Shown one piece after another: positions 35,806 through 47,316 of a DNA stretch of 64,000 nt (position 1 is the first letter of the stretch; each line of letters begins with the position of its first letter). A program made the translations under genes and the position numbers. Below the pieces are notes generated by a model that was given only the letters and a program-made list of their open reading frames with translations, had not been told where the DNA came from and did no database searches. The DNA is from Minutocellus sp. GHC0000111 (lineage: Eukaryota): assembly GCA_977018835.1 (NCBI GenBank), contig OZ361256.1:1178001-1242000 (forward strand), written 5' to 3'.

Positions 35806-37028
35806 ATCTTGGTGCTCTTTTAGCACATGATATAGATACGGTATTAGAGTGTTTCTTTTGGTACACTATTGTTTGAAAATTTATTTTTATGTCGTAGAAT
35901 ACACTTGTGCTGTTTCAAGAAAGAAAAAATACATCAAACTTTATAACGAAACAAAACCCATTTCGTTCAACGAATGGGGCCACAACATGTGTCGCCGACG
36001 TGCCTCCCATTGAGAACAATCAAGACTACGGGGCACCATACCCTTGTAATAGCCTTTCACAACACTGTGGTGCAGCAGGAGACTTGCAATTACTTTTTTG
36101 AGCCTTGAAAAATTCGTTCGCGTTAGACCCGATTTTTTCGACAGTTTCCGACGTTCCATCACGACCATGTTCGCCCGATGTACAGCACCACCCCGGCCAT
36201 CGCATACACTCTGACCACCTAGATGCCTTCCTGAATATTACTGGAAGGGATTTTTGGGCGATAGCGGTGCGTCGGTGCGTGCCTGTACCGCGAAATGTGG
36301 CCCAGCGCCATTACCACCCCCATTACACCACCCATCCGAAAGTTGGTCCGGATGCTTTTATGCGGTCCATGCACCACTTCCGTTGCACTGAGCCGTCGAC
36401 GCTTCACCCATATATATACCAAGCGCATTTGAGTGGGGGGTGGTGGCATTTCTTGACAATTCATAGAGAAAACTATTCCCAAAGTCCCGTGTCTGATGTC
36501 GGCACCAGATTTCACCTTCATTGCTTCTGCCGCCCGAGAGGAACGAAACCGGAGAAAGCGGCCAAACCAACACGTGAGATCGATGGATGTAATATAGAAT
36601 GAGCATCGTGCGTGCTGATATTGCGTGAAGGAACAGTGGTTGGGGCTTGAAGGGGGTTGTAGTTGGGGATTTGCTACTTTCAGATGTTTTTGCTTTCCAT
36701 GGTGACGGCCACAATGATACAAAGATGGGGCCCAATATCGACCCTCTGGCGCAAACTTGCTCCCAATATTACCCAAGTGAAAGTAATGCCGGTCAGGGAG
36801 GATTGAAATGGATGTAGACAAGCATCAGCCATCATTCTTTGCCATTTTGAGGGTAAAAAAATATTGAAAATTTCTGGGCATGAGGAGATGTTGCTAAAAT
36901 AGCACATGATGTACGAATGAGTTTGCTTTCAAGTATGCAATACTCACCTAACGCATGTAGTTGGCGTATACATCGGTTGGCTTGGAGTTATTTATCGTTA
37001 TACCATCATTTGGTGGCCTTCTTGTGGA

Positions 37029-37170
37029 GATGAATTCTCCTTGCTTTCGCCGTGTTGAGAGAGGCCATTTAGTGGGTTCATTTTTGCGCTGCATAAAGTA
37101 TCGCACAAAAAAATTTCCTAGTGCCTTACAATTTACGGCGATTTTGTCGGCGGTCTCGTGGAATCACTCT
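37029..37170 (-). repeat. 142-bp inverted repeat, right copy
   Basis: Near-identical reverse complement of 33207..33347. Confidence 0.92.
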
Positions 37171-37714
37171 ATACATTAGGAGGTGGTCTGCATGGAATTC
37201 AGTTGTTGATTCACAAGTCATTTTCGTTGAGATTGGATATTGTATTGTCTCAGGCCGAATATGCTACATGTACATGTGTAACCGCCCTCGGGCAAATTAC
37301 TTCGTAATTTGTGCCCTCGGGACCTCGGTTACATTAATGACGCCCTTCGTAATTTTTTTGCGAGCTTCCGAGCGAAAAATATTAAATTCATCAGGGTCGT
37401 TATTATAAGTATTAGATAAACGTTCATACATGCTGTACGCTCTACACATACATTTCAATATTTACTGTAGCTACATACCAGTACTTAGTTGTGGGTCCTA
37501 GTAGCAATTGTATCAATGTGCGAAACAGTGAAGCAGATTCTAAATCATAAAGAAATAATTCACAGTTAATGATTCTCGTTTCATCGTGAGCTCTCTTTCG
37601 CGTACGTACTTCATGCCAAGAATACTTGTACATCTTCCACATCGACATAATTTAGCACGAAGAAGCGACAAGCCCAAAACACATCAACAACAGCATTACC
37701 TCTGCCCCTCATTC

Positions 37715-38851
37715 TTAGAACTCGATAAAGTCCTCCGGTCGGCTATCGGCAACCTCCATCCTTCCAGTGGGATTGACAATGTACATGGCAATCACAGTAC
37801 GTCCATATCGTCGATTGCGCACCCCCACCAACGCTCCGCCATCCTTTCTACTAATTACATGCGGGAGGCAACCCAATTCAACTGGATATTCGATCATTAC
37901 CACGGTATCATCCGTCACGAGCGGTGAATTGGCCACCCCGTCGATGAGATCTGCGTAGACCACCTCTTCGTACGGTGGCGTAAGGGTGACAATCTCATAC
38001 GTCGTGCCGGAAGGAATTCCAACCGAAGTGGGATCTCGCAACGCCTGCAAATAATCGGAACATACCGTGCGAATCTGCCCCTCCTCCTCGAAGCGACACC
38101 ACTTCGCATTCCTCTCGACGGTATTGCAGCAATCTTGGGAAAAGTCGACAAAGGTGGCATGGGATGCACCACGGCTGAGAGATTCCAAACCGACGGAGCC
38201 ACTGCCCGAGAATATATCGAGATGGCGTGTATTGACGCCCTCATCGTACAGTCCAAACGATGTAAAGGTAGAGAAGACAGCCTCCCGCACCTTGCCCATC
38301 ATGGGACGGAGGTACACCTCAGGACTGTCCAATCGTCGACCACGTGCCGTGCCGCCCAAGATCTTGAGATTGGACGGATTGTTCATGCCAAAGTCGCGAG
38401 CCTTGCCCTGTGGACGGAGGGTGGGATTTTTGGACCCACCCTTGGCGGCCTCCCTGGCGACACGGGGAACGACGTGGCCCATCGATGGGCGAGGCGCTCG
38501 GATCTTTCGTCGGAGGTTGGGTGCCACATCGCCTTCTTCGACGGGTGCCACGCCTCCTTCCCCGACCACATTTTTGCGCCTTCTGTTGGGTTTCTTGTAA
38601 AGAGTCGTCGACTTGCTATCGTTATCGTATACTTTCCTCCAAGGAGTTGTGCTTTGGGGAACAACAAAGACATGCGCGATGGAATTTGCCGATGAGGTGC
38701 CAATAGCAAACGAAGTGACGCACGTGGCTACAAAGGAGAGGAGAGATGACGTGTTGGTCATGCCAGTAGAGGCTGCTCTCCTTCTACGGCGACACCGAAC
38801 AGCAGAGATCGGCTGGTATGATAAAGGCATTGTCTTGTGAGTAGAATGCAT
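37715..38851 (-). CDS. rsmD: RsmD-like rRNA methyltransferase, organelle-targeted, start uncertain
   Basis: LKILGGTARGRRL, RPMMGKVREAVFS, LDIFSGSGSVGLESLSRGA, TPPY and RRYGRT motifs. Confidence 0.88.
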   Translation of the reverse strand: MHSTHKTMPLSYQPISAVRCRRRRRAASTGMTNTSSLLSFVATCVTSFAIGTSSANSIAHVFVVPQSTTPWRKVYDNDSKSTTLYKKPNRRRKNVVGEGGVAPVEEGDVAPNLRRKIRAPRPSMGHVVPRVAREAAKGGSKNPTLRPQGKARDFGMNNPSNLKILGGTARGRRLDSPEVYLRPMMGKVREAVFSTFTSFGLYDEGVNTRHLDIFSGSGSVGLESLSRGASHATFVDFSQDCCNTVERNAKWCRFEEEGQIRTVCSDYLQALRDPTSVGIPSGTTYEIVTLTPPYEEVVYADLIDGVANSPLVTDDTVVMIEYPVELGCLPHVISRKDGGALVGVRNRRYGRTVIAMYIVNPTGRMEVADSRPEDFIEF

Positions 38852-39082
38852 AGAGTCGGAAGCTTCTCGACAATGGCCATGCAGTGATAGCGATCGTCCT
38901 CTCCTTGCTGACGCCGACGGTGGTTTCCAATCTCTTCTGCTGCTGTGAGCGAGCGATCTGTGAGTGCATGAATTCTTGGTCTGACCGTCGCTCTGTGGTG
39001 GCTAACCGTAACCACGTCGCCTCATTCTTCTCATTCTTGGACAGAACCAACCGTAGAGAGAGTAGGTAGAAGTCCACCCACC

Positions 39083-39481
39083 ATGGCGACCCCACCGGAT
39101 GAAGCAACAGATGCCCAAGAGGCCGTCTCGAAGCTTCTTGGCAACACGGTGATATGCACTCTCGACGACGGTCGATCATTAGAGGGTACCCTCGTTTGTC
39201 TCGACCGGCTCAAAAACATCATATTGTCGTCCGTCACCGAGACGCGGAAAGTGCCCCTCGAGGAATATGGCGCCTATTTGGACGGGTTGGACCCACCGGT
39301 TATTGATTCGAGTCGATCGGATGACAAAGAAGGCATTATTGATGAAAATGTCTGTGTTGTGGTCACCCGCAAATTAAGCCAGGCCTTTGCTCCTGGTGCC
39401 CGCCTCGTCAAGGTGGAGGTGACGGAAAAGACGTGGGACCGCGCACAAGCAGCTGCAGCAGCAGCCGAGAGCAATCAATGA
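39083..39481 (+). CDS. Sm-like (LSm) domain protein, probably NatC auxiliary subunit (NAA38/Mak31-like)
   Basis: Sm1 motif LLGNTVICTLDDGRSLEGTLVCLDRLKNIILSSVTETR and an Sm2-like RKLSQAFAPGARLVKVEV. Confidence 0.75.
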   Translation: MATPPDEATDAQEAVSKLLGNTVICTLDDGRSLEGTLVCLDRLKNIILSSVTETRKVPLEEYGAYLDGLDPPVIDSSRSDDKEGIIDENVCVVVTRKLSQAFAPGARLVKVEVTEKTWDRAQAAAAAAESNQ

Positions 39482-40035
39482 GGGCATGTAGGCCGTTACT
39501 GAATTCGCGCACCATCGTTGGAATGGATGCCAACTGATCCATTTGAGCTTCAAGCATGTATATCTACCTGATTATTGAATGACTTGAAGACGACAGCGTC
39601 GAGATAATGTGAACGAGTGGCCTGCTGTTGCTATTACACGCCATGCTATGAGTCGACCCAACAGCAGATGCTACGTCGTAGGATAACACGACCGGCCGGC
39701 CGGCCGGCCAGCCGGCGAGCCTAGACCTACCTCGAGCTCAAAAATCCAGCGCAGAGTGAAAGATCGCGTTCTGACTTTGCCGCCTCCACGCTAGAGAACG
39801 GATTATTCGGAGGGAAATGAATACCTCCACAGGGAGCTCACAAGCAAATTAGAGCAGGCTTACTCCTACCACAAAAGGAAGCCAATCGGTGTCCAAAATC
39901 CATCCCACTTCATTGATCACTTACTCTACATGCGTTCCACTACGTACGTAGCATTCTTGGCGTTGCTATCAAATTAATTCATTTCATCGTCAGTAATAGG
40001 AAAATGAAATGAAAATGTGTACTACGTAGTTATTT

Positions 40036-42471
40036 TTATACCTTCTCCTCCGCGTCGGAAGGCTTCGGGTCAACGGCATAGATGCTGTGACTGCTGGAGT
40101 TTCTGGACCCGGATTTACCGCTGTCCGTTCCCTGTTCCTTGCAGTCAAAAGTGTAGTGGATATAGTTCCACCAGACGATGCGAGCGACGGCAAAAGCTGC
40201 AACGATAAAGAAGCCGGCGACGGCAACTTGATTGGGCTCTGTCAACCACAGCGAAAGAGTAGCGGTGAGGAGGATTAGTCCTACCTTGAATAGGAAAAGG
40301 GCAAACTTGACCTTCCCACCGGCTTCATGGATCCATTGGCCGGGATGAAGAAAGTGCGAGAGGCTGTCGTGCGTATTGATATGAGAATTTGTCATACATT
40401 CCAGTGCAATGAGCACAATGGTCAGAGCACCGGAAAATAAGGCTGCGCTGGCAAGATCCGTTGTGCTAACTGATGGTGCAAGGAACCGATGGCGAGATTC
40501 TGGATAACTGCCGTCGTAGTCGCCTTCACTAGCCTTGTACTCATTTGCCTCATCGTCTTCATAGCCGGCTTTATCGCCAGTATCATATCCACCCGACTCC
40601 TTTGTGTCGCCGTATTCATACGAGCCTTTACTTTCACCATAATCAGAACCGTAATCACTACCATAGTTCGCCTTCTTCTCGCTCTCTTTGTGGATCAATT
40701 TGAGCATAACTTTGTAGGACACGCCAAACGCAATAAGGCCCATACTGAGTAGCTGAACCAGCATGGCGTACGCCACACCCCAATTGAGATTGCGCCACAG
40801 AGCATGTCCCTCAGCGTGGCTGGGTTCGGACTCAAATTTGACCGCCTGCAGCAAGATGACTGTCAAGACGCCCACGCCCGCCACAACATAGTACTTAGTG
40901 CTTTCGGTGGTGCCAACAATGAGCAGTGATAGTACTGCCTCACCGAGCATCAGCATTGTCCATTCTCCATATCTATGGATCATGAAGTCGATGTTCGACG
41001 GCACATTTCCAGTCCGAAAGTCCTTCATTCGCGGAACTGTCAGCGCCTTGCTAGCATGATAGAGCAAGTGGTAGGCATATGCTGCTAGACAAAGGACGAT
41101 GGGAACGTCTGCGAGAGACCAAGCATCGGAAGAGGTGGTAGCAGCAAGGTATCGCTTATTTCCATCCTCGGGATGATTCTCATTCCAGAGCTGAATGCCT
41201 GATACAATCACAGCGGCAAGGAAAAAGAGGGTCTGGGGAAGGTACGTCACCTTGACCTTGCGCCGAGAGTGGTTGCGGATGGCCTCCCGATCGCCTTGTC
41301 CAACCAAAATGAGCTCGATCTTGAGGATGATACGGATCAAGCTCTCGATGAATATGCCAAGGGTGAATCCAAACATTTCGGCTGATTTGGGATCCGACAT
41401 GAGCTCAATGGACTTGATGTGAAGGACCGAGAAGCTTAGGAAGAACACACGGATAACCTCGAGAATTTGGTGAGCATAGTCACCGACGGAGTACCTTGAT
41501 TCATAAAACAACTTGCTTTCCCAGCAGTTGTACAGTGGGCCGAAGACGCCGATGAAATAGACAATACCACGATCATAGAGGGACGGCGTCAAGGTTGACA
41601 TGAGAAGCGTTCCAAGATTGTACGCCGCGGCCACGTAGAAAAGATCGAAGAACAAGTCTCCCCAATTGATGTGCGGCAGGATCTGGGCCTCACCCCACTT
41701 CTGGCGCTGACGGGGGTAAGCGTAAAAGGGGATGCGTCCGCTGTGATGATCGTGATCATGTCCATCGTCCAGTCCATGGTGAAGGCCATCGCCATCACCA
41801 TCAAGATTGAGGTTGCTCTCGCCGAGCATTTGGAGGAGATTGAGAACGTCAGCACTCTGCGCATCAATGTTCGTCCGGCGGCTTTCGATGTGGGCGGTCC
41901 CGTGCTGAGAATGCTCGTAGGCAGAAATGTTGGCACGCGATCCGAAGGGAATGTGCGCCTCACCGTTGATGCCAATGTCCTCACTGTCATCACTGAGCCG
42001 ACGGCTGCTCAGATACTGCACCACCGACGAGAGGGGAACCTCGAGCGTTGGTCGGCCGGCGTTCTGCTGCTCCTTGTGTTCGTCGGCTTTTTCATCGCCC
42101 TCGGACATTTCCGGTAGCGTAGGCGGTGGGACCGCAAACTGCACCCGAATTTTCTTCTGCGACACATCTCGCATGAGATTGCGCTGCGTCTTGGCCCGCA
42201 GTAGCTCGGCCGTGTAGGCATCTCGCCCGGCGGCACCGCTGTTGTCGCTCCAGCGCAAACTTTTGGGGGCCGCATTGTTTGCGGTTCCGTTTCTCCATCT
42301 CCGTCTCAAACCGCCGCCGCCGTTACTTGAACTCGCACCAGGGCTGGGCGGCGCAATGCCATTGCCACTTTCTTCCCCACCATTCAGCTTCGTCGGCGTT
42401 TCAGGACGTGCCTCTTGCCTCTTCCGTCGTTTGTTTGAACTAATGCAGAGCCGAGTGCTTTTTATTAACAC
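40036..42471 (-). CDS. LtrA (low temperature requirement A)-like multi-pass membrane protein, true start unresolved
   Basis: WGDLFFDLFYVAA and HRYGEWTMLMLGEAVLSL motifs with many TM helices. The ORF begins at a non-ATG codon. Confidence 0.8.
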   Translation of the reverse strand: MLIKSTRLCISSNKRRKRQEARPETPTKLNGGEESGNGIAPPSPGASSSNGGGGLRRRWRNGTANNAAPKSLRWSDNSGAAGRDAYTAELLRAKTQRNLMRDVSQKKIRVQFAVPPPTLPEMSEGDEKADEHKEQQNAGRPTLEVPLSSVVQYLSSRRLSDDSEDIGINGEAHIPFGSRANISAYEHSQHGTAHIESRRTNIDAQSADVLNLLQMLGESNLNLDGDGDGLHHGLDDGHDHDHHSGRIPFYAYPRQRQKWGEAQILPHINWGDLFFDLFYVAAAYNLGTLLMSTLTPSLYDRGIVYFIGVFGPLYNCWESKLFYESRYSVGDYAHQILEVIRVFFLSFSVLHIKSIELMSDPKSAEMFGFTLGIFIESLIRIILKIELILVGQGDREAIRNHSRRKVKVTYLPQTLFFLAAVIVSGIQLWNENHPEDGNKRYLAATTSSDAWSLADVPIVLCLAAYAYHLLYHASKALTVPRMKDFRTGNVPSNIDFMIHRYGEWTMLMLGEAVLSLLIVGTTESTKYYVVAGVGVLTVILLQAVKFESEPSHAEGHALWRNLNWGVAYAMLVQLLSMGLIAFGVSYKVMLKLIHKESEKKANYGSDYGSDYGESKGSYEYGDTKESGGYDTGDKAGYEDDEANEYKASEGDYDGSYPESRHRFLAPSVSTTDLASAALFSGALTIVLIALECMTNSHINTHDSLSHFLHPGQWIHEAGGKVKFALFLFKVGLILLTATLSLWLTEPNQVAVAGFFIVAAFAVARIVWWNYIHYTFDCKEQGTDSGKSGSRNSSSHSIYAVDPKPSDAEEKV

Positions 42472-42958
42472 GACCGTGTGTGCACAGAAAAAGTTTGTGT
42501 GTGATGCCTAGTGTGATGCTTCAAACGTCGCCGGCCGGAAAGTGACCGAAAAGGAGGCAACAATAGAACAATAGCACAAGATGTGCGCAGTAATTCAAAC
42601 GTCTGGCGCAGCACTCTGCGCTGCGAATCCCTGTCGATTAATCGAGGGTTGCTATCTGCTTTGCCCTCACGCAACGTTCAAATCTGATGCTCAAGATCGG
42701 CGTGGATGGCTGGGGTTGGATAGGCTTCACTCCAAAGTGGTTGTTGAGAGCGATGACGTCGTTCGGAGAATTTGTTACAATAGCCCCTCCTCAAAAACAC
42801 CGCATCGGTCTTGTGCTGCTTGCGTTGACAACAACCTCTTGCCTTCTTGGCGGATTCGAGAACCAAAGTCAACTCAACAAGGTAGTCATCAGCTCAAGAT
42901 TCCCACAGTTGCATATCTGAAACCAACCCAACCACTTCCAGTATTCAGGAAGGCAAAA

Positions 42959-43669
42959 ATGAAGACATCACATCTCTCCATCCTGCTGGCCACTGTCTCC
43001 AGACCAATAACTGCGTTCCTTCTCCCTTCTACAATCAAATCCAAACGCCATGCTGTCATTCTCAAGAATGATGCCCTCTCTTCAGCCAAGGAACAGTACG
43101 ACGAGGCGGTCAGGGAATACAACCGCCTCGAGAGGCTCGTCCAGCAGAGTGTCGCCGCGGACAAGGCTGATGGTCATTCGCTGGAATCGATATTCTCGTC
43201 AGAAGATGCTGGAGACATTGCAACGCTCATGATTGAGAAGGCCACGGCCGCAGCTGCCGCCAAGGCCCTGTACGAAGAAGAGCTCGCCCACGAACAGGCT
43301 CATCTCGCCAGAGATGCAGCCGACGAAGCTTCCATGTGCGAATCGATGGCCCAAAGAGCTGAACAGGATCTGAAAGCTCTCGAGAATCGAGTAAATGATG
43401 TCGAGGGCTTTGCAGATGACGAGGATGACAAGGAGCGCAAACGCGACATGTCCGCAATCCACTCCGTTCAGCACACGCTTCATGATGCCAAGCAACATGC
43501 CAAGGCATCAAAATTGGCCAAGGATCAAGCTCGATTCAACGAAGCACATGCCCTGAAGGAGCCGCTGCAGCTGAGGCTCAACGAAGAAGAGCTCAAGGAG
43601 GACGCCAAGGCGTTGCATGACATTATTGTTGAGAAGACGAACAAGGATCTGAAGAAGAAACACCCTTGA
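42959..43669 (+). CDS. Coiled-coil protein with plastid-type bipartite presequence
   Basis: MKTSHLSILLATVSRPITA-FLLP followed by an A/E/K-rich helical region. Confidence 0.7.
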   Translation: MKTSHLSILLATVSRPITAFLLPSTIKSKRHAVILKNDALSSAKEQYDEAVREYNRLERLVQQSVAADKADGHSLESIFSSEDAGDIATLMIEKATAAAAAKALYEEELAHEQAHLARDAADEASMCESMAQRAEQDLKALENRVNDVEGFADDEDDKERKRDMSAIHSVQHTLHDAKQHAKASKLAKDQARFNEAHALKEPLQLRLNEEELKEDAKALHDIIVEKTNKDLKKKHP

Positions 43670-43729
43670 AGATGATCCAACCCAGCTGATATAATCAACA
43701 ATATCCTAATGCGATTTATAGACGATTAA

Positions 43730-45406
43730 TTATACCAACCACTTGCTTACTCCTTCTTGGACTACAATAGAACCAGATGAATCGTATGCCATGTTATTCC
43801 TTTCAATACTCTCGAGATCATATCGATAATTGATCATCATGCCGGCGCTATTATGCATGCCCTTACGCGAGGTATCAGCCAAATAGTTCAATCGAAACAT
43901 TTCTGCACCATTGCGGCAGTGAAACTTTGCTACGCCATCCATGGGCTTCCCTCGGTGTGTTTCTACAGACAAGTAATGCGCAGCCAGTTTCATCAGATAG
44001 GGCTTCAATGAAGCTGCAATTGTTTCGTTCTCGAACCACGTGGGATCTTTGAGAAGCTCAATGAGAGCCGTTGGCACAGACTCGCCAGGACAACCAAGAA
44101 TATTCGCCAGATCATTGATATCGTCTTCGTCCAAAAGTGATTCGTCAAAGAATTTATCCTTCCCAGAGAGCTTGTGTTCAAGCCACTTAGAAAACCTTGG
44201 AATCGGCGAGAGGGTACAAAATGTAGATATGCCAGGAAAGTCACGCTGCAATTCTTCTACAACTCGCTTGATAAGGAAATTGCCCAGATCGACACCGCTC
44301 AAACCAGGCTGTGTATTTGTGATTGAATAAAATGCAGCAACCTTCGGTTCTTTGGAGCTCAAGCAATCAATATCACCCATGGATTCCGGTACCTCAGACA
44401 ATAAGCCGACATGCACAAAGACCAAAGGCTCATCTTGCAGCGACGGATGAAAAAAGGCGAAGCAGCGTCTGTCGGGTCCAAGTCGAGTTCTCAAATCCTC
44501 TAGGCTTCGAAGCGGATGCACTGCTTCTTTGCGAGCAACCTTTTCAATGATCGACGCAGGAGTGCTCTCATACGAGATCCGACGCAATTCCAGCATCGGC
44601 TGCAAAAACAGTGTGGACAACAAAGTCTTCAAATCATTGTCCAGTTGTCTCAGTTGGTGCACCAATACGATATCTTTGGCCGTACTGGATCCGCTTTGCT
44701 CCGTACGCCGACATAACGTACGAGCGTCACTTCTCAGCTGTATCAGACAAAATAGCCCGATATCTCTCCTGCAATCGGACAAAATGTGGTGAAACACTCG
44801 TTGATATTTTGGTTCACTTGCTTCATGCATTGCCACAGCAGCATTGAGTTTCTGTCGTTGGCTTGCACCGTCATTTCCCTCCCCATGATACATGGTTATC
44901 GCACGATCAATTGAAGAATAATCCACACCATATTCCTGCACCAAATAAAGAATTGCGGCTTTTCGACCTCCGCTCGTATCGGATTCGGTTTTGATCACCG
45001 ACGGAATCGGTTCAGAGTCTAGATATATCTGGCAAAAGTCTGATGCAATACTCTTCATAGATCGCTCTGGAGTGCTTTCCGAGCCATCATTATTTGATTC
45101 ATCACTGTTCAATAATCTTGTCCTGGTTCTATCTTCATCTTGGCCAATCTTGGCCGTCATTTCCAATAGTTGGCCCAGAACACTGCCGGTGCACTGGCCG
45201 ACTGTAGATGAAAGGTGGCGTTTGTGTCCAGTAATTGGCCAACTGTTCGGTTTGTTCAATTCATCAGCAGCAGCTACAGGGGGTACCGGCACTGGCAAGC
45301 ACATTTGCACCGCAGCGAGATTCCTTGCACCAAACAAGACGGCCCGTCGCCGCGCCAGATTGGGCATTTGGCGCACAGCAAGCGTCGATGCTCTTCCGGC
45401 AACCAT
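43730..45406 (-). CDS. MLYCD: Malonyl-CoA decarboxylase
   Basis: EAVHP, EPLVFVHV, FYSITNTQPGLSGVDLGNFLIKRV, TLSPIP, VAKFHCRNGA and MMINYRY motifs. Confidence 0.93.
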   Translation of the reverse strand: MVAGRASTLAVRQMPNLARRRAVLFGARNLAAVQMCLPVPVPPVAAADELNKPNSWPITGHKRHLSSTVGQCTGSVLGQLLEMTAKIGQDEDRTRTRLLNSDESNNDGSESTPERSMKSIASDFCQIYLDSEPIPSVIKTESDTSGGRKAAILYLVQEYGVDYSSIDRAITMYHGEGNDGASQRQKLNAAVAMHEASEPKYQRVFHHILSDCRRDIGLFCLIQLRSDARTLCRRTEQSGSSTAKDIVLVHQLRQLDNDLKTLLSTLFLQPMLELRRISYESTPASIIEKVARKEAVHPLRSLEDLRTRLGPDRRCFAFFHPSLQDEPLVFVHVGLLSEVPESMGDIDCLSSKEPKVAAFYSITNTQPGLSGVDLGNFLIKRVVEELQRDFPGISTFCTLSPIPRFSKWLEHKLSGKDKFFDESLLDEDDINDLANILGCPGESVPTALIELLKDPTWFENETIAASLKPYLMKLAAHYLSVETHRGKPMDGVAKFHCRNGAEMFRLNYLADTSRKGMHNSAGMMINYRYDLESIERNNMAYDSSGSIVVQEGVSKWLV

Positions 45407-45778
45407 TGCGCTGTGCAATTGGAGATGTTGACCATGCAATGCTTCATCAACAGCACAACTGTGGTCAGTAGTCAGCCAACGAACGCCGCAACGGGCCGAA
45501 CGCAACGCTCGCTTGTCGAGGGGGATTACCATTCACCCCATGGCTGGGATCGAACCAATGAAACCAACCCATCCCGTCCCCGGGAAGACCAGCATGCACA
45601 GGAATTCCTATCATTATGTAGGTAACACCATTTCATGCAAAGAATAGAAACGTAGTTTTTAGGCTATCGTTTGCAACATTCACCGTTTCTCCGATGTTTC
45701 AGCCAACATCGAGAGAGCCAGCGGTTCCTGTCCTCCTCTATCCACCACCCTTGTTTTTCTCAACATCACCGCACTCTC

Positions 45779-47316
45779 TTAGATGATTCCACCGCCATAG
45801 CCACGCTCATATGCATAGCGATCAGGGTAATCGCGTACACTGGTGTGTCGTCTCTTGATCAAACCAGGGCCACGCTTCTTAAGGTCGTCAACATTGGCAA
45901 CTCCAAGAAGTCCCATTGCCCGATCGAGCTCCACTCGGAGAATCTCCAACGCCTTGATGACGCCCTCGGTTCCACCCGCGGCAAGACCGTAGAGGTAGGG
46001 CTTGCCAACACCGACGGAATCGGCACCCAGAGCCAAGGCCTTGCAGATGTCGGTACCACGCTGCACACCGCCGTCCATAATAATTTCAACGTCCGGTCCA
46101 ACCGCCTCACGGATCGAGGGGAGGACGTCAATGGTAGCGGGGGAGGTTTCCAGCTGCCGAGCACCGTGGTCGAGAAGCCAGTCTCCACTGCACGGATAGC
46201 ATCATCAGGTCGGACCACACCCTTGACGGCGGCGGGACCGCCCCACTCACCGAGGAGCCACTCGGCATCCCTCCAGTCGAACTCGGGAGCAATCTGACTG
46301 TTGACGAAGGCAGCGAGCGAATCGGCAGGAACATCGGTGTTGATGCAAGCATACGTGTAGGGCTCATGCGAAAGAAAGTTGTAAGTCCAAGCGGGCTTCT
46401 TGATGGCCTCGATCATCTGCTTGATGGTGTATTTGGGAGGGATGGAGAAGTCATTGCGAATATCCCGCTCTCGGTTTCCGTACCAGGTAAAATCGACCGT
46501 GAGGGCAAGGGCGTTGAAGCCCCCCTCCTTGGCCTTGGCCAGGACCTCCTTCACCAGCTCCCGATCCTTCCACACGTACAGCTGGAATACCTTGGGCTGC
46601 TTGCAGATTTCACCGATCTCCGTAATGCCAGTAGTGGCCAGAGAGGACAGTCCATACAACGATCCATGATGCTCGGCGGCCTTGGCGGCGGCCGTCTCAC
46701 CCTCCCAGTGGAACATGCGGTTACCGGCGGTCGGGCAGGCAAAGAAGGGGAGCTTCACATCGCAACCGAAAATCTTGGTCCGCATGTCAATGGGCGGCTT
46801 CAGACCAGCAAGGATGTGATAGTGCATCTCCAGCTCCGAGTAGGCATCCTTTCCCGACGGAGACTGATCTCATCGTCGGCACCAGCATCGAGGTAGTCGA
46901 AGACCATCTATTTTTTCGATAAGCGAATGAGAAGGGTGGAACGTCGATTGGGAATTAGAAGACGGAATGTCATATTGCGTGGAAAATGCATTGCATCAAA
47001 CGCATGGGGCCAGTGAATGAAGGTCATTTGCATTCGCAACTGCAATTGCAACGCTAATGTCTTTCATCGCACGAAGCCAGCACAAGCGCAAGCAAAACAC
47101 ATAATTACCATAAACCCGGGAAAATTAGGACTGCCTGCAAACCAATCCCCCATAATTCACACTAACCTTGTGAGCTCTCTGCTTGGCGCATAGCCGGAGG
47201 TCGGCGATGTTCACAGCCTTAGCAAGACGAGCCTTGGCCGGGGCATCGAACACCTTGTTGAGAGGGATGTGCTGGAGGACCTTGTGCACTCCGAGCTTGT
47301 GTGGATTGATCACCAT
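45779..47316 (-). CDS. FMN-dependent alpha-hydroxy acid oxidase (glycolate oxidase/L-lactate dehydrogenase family), intron 47166-46908, disrupted as assembled near 46853 and 46170
   Basis: NIADLR..AK, FDYLDAGADDE, FQLYVWKDR, LTVD, GNRERD, KGV, HGARQLE and DGGVQRGTDICKALALGA motifs are spread over three frames. Confidence 0.9.

Larger units (their letters stand above)
35670..37170. mobile_element. Putative non-autonomous DNA transposon (about 1.5 kb) with 17-bp imperfect TIRs
   Basis: AGAGTGATTTCACGAGA (35670-86) versus the reverse complement of 37154-37170 (AGAGTGATTCCACGAGA) matches 16/17. The interior is AT-richer with no transposase ORF, and no TSD was found. Confidence 0.55.

Noticed and set aside
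35907..36907. Transposase ORF inside the 1.5-kb element
   Set aside because: The short ORFs there show no DDE or other recognisable motif.
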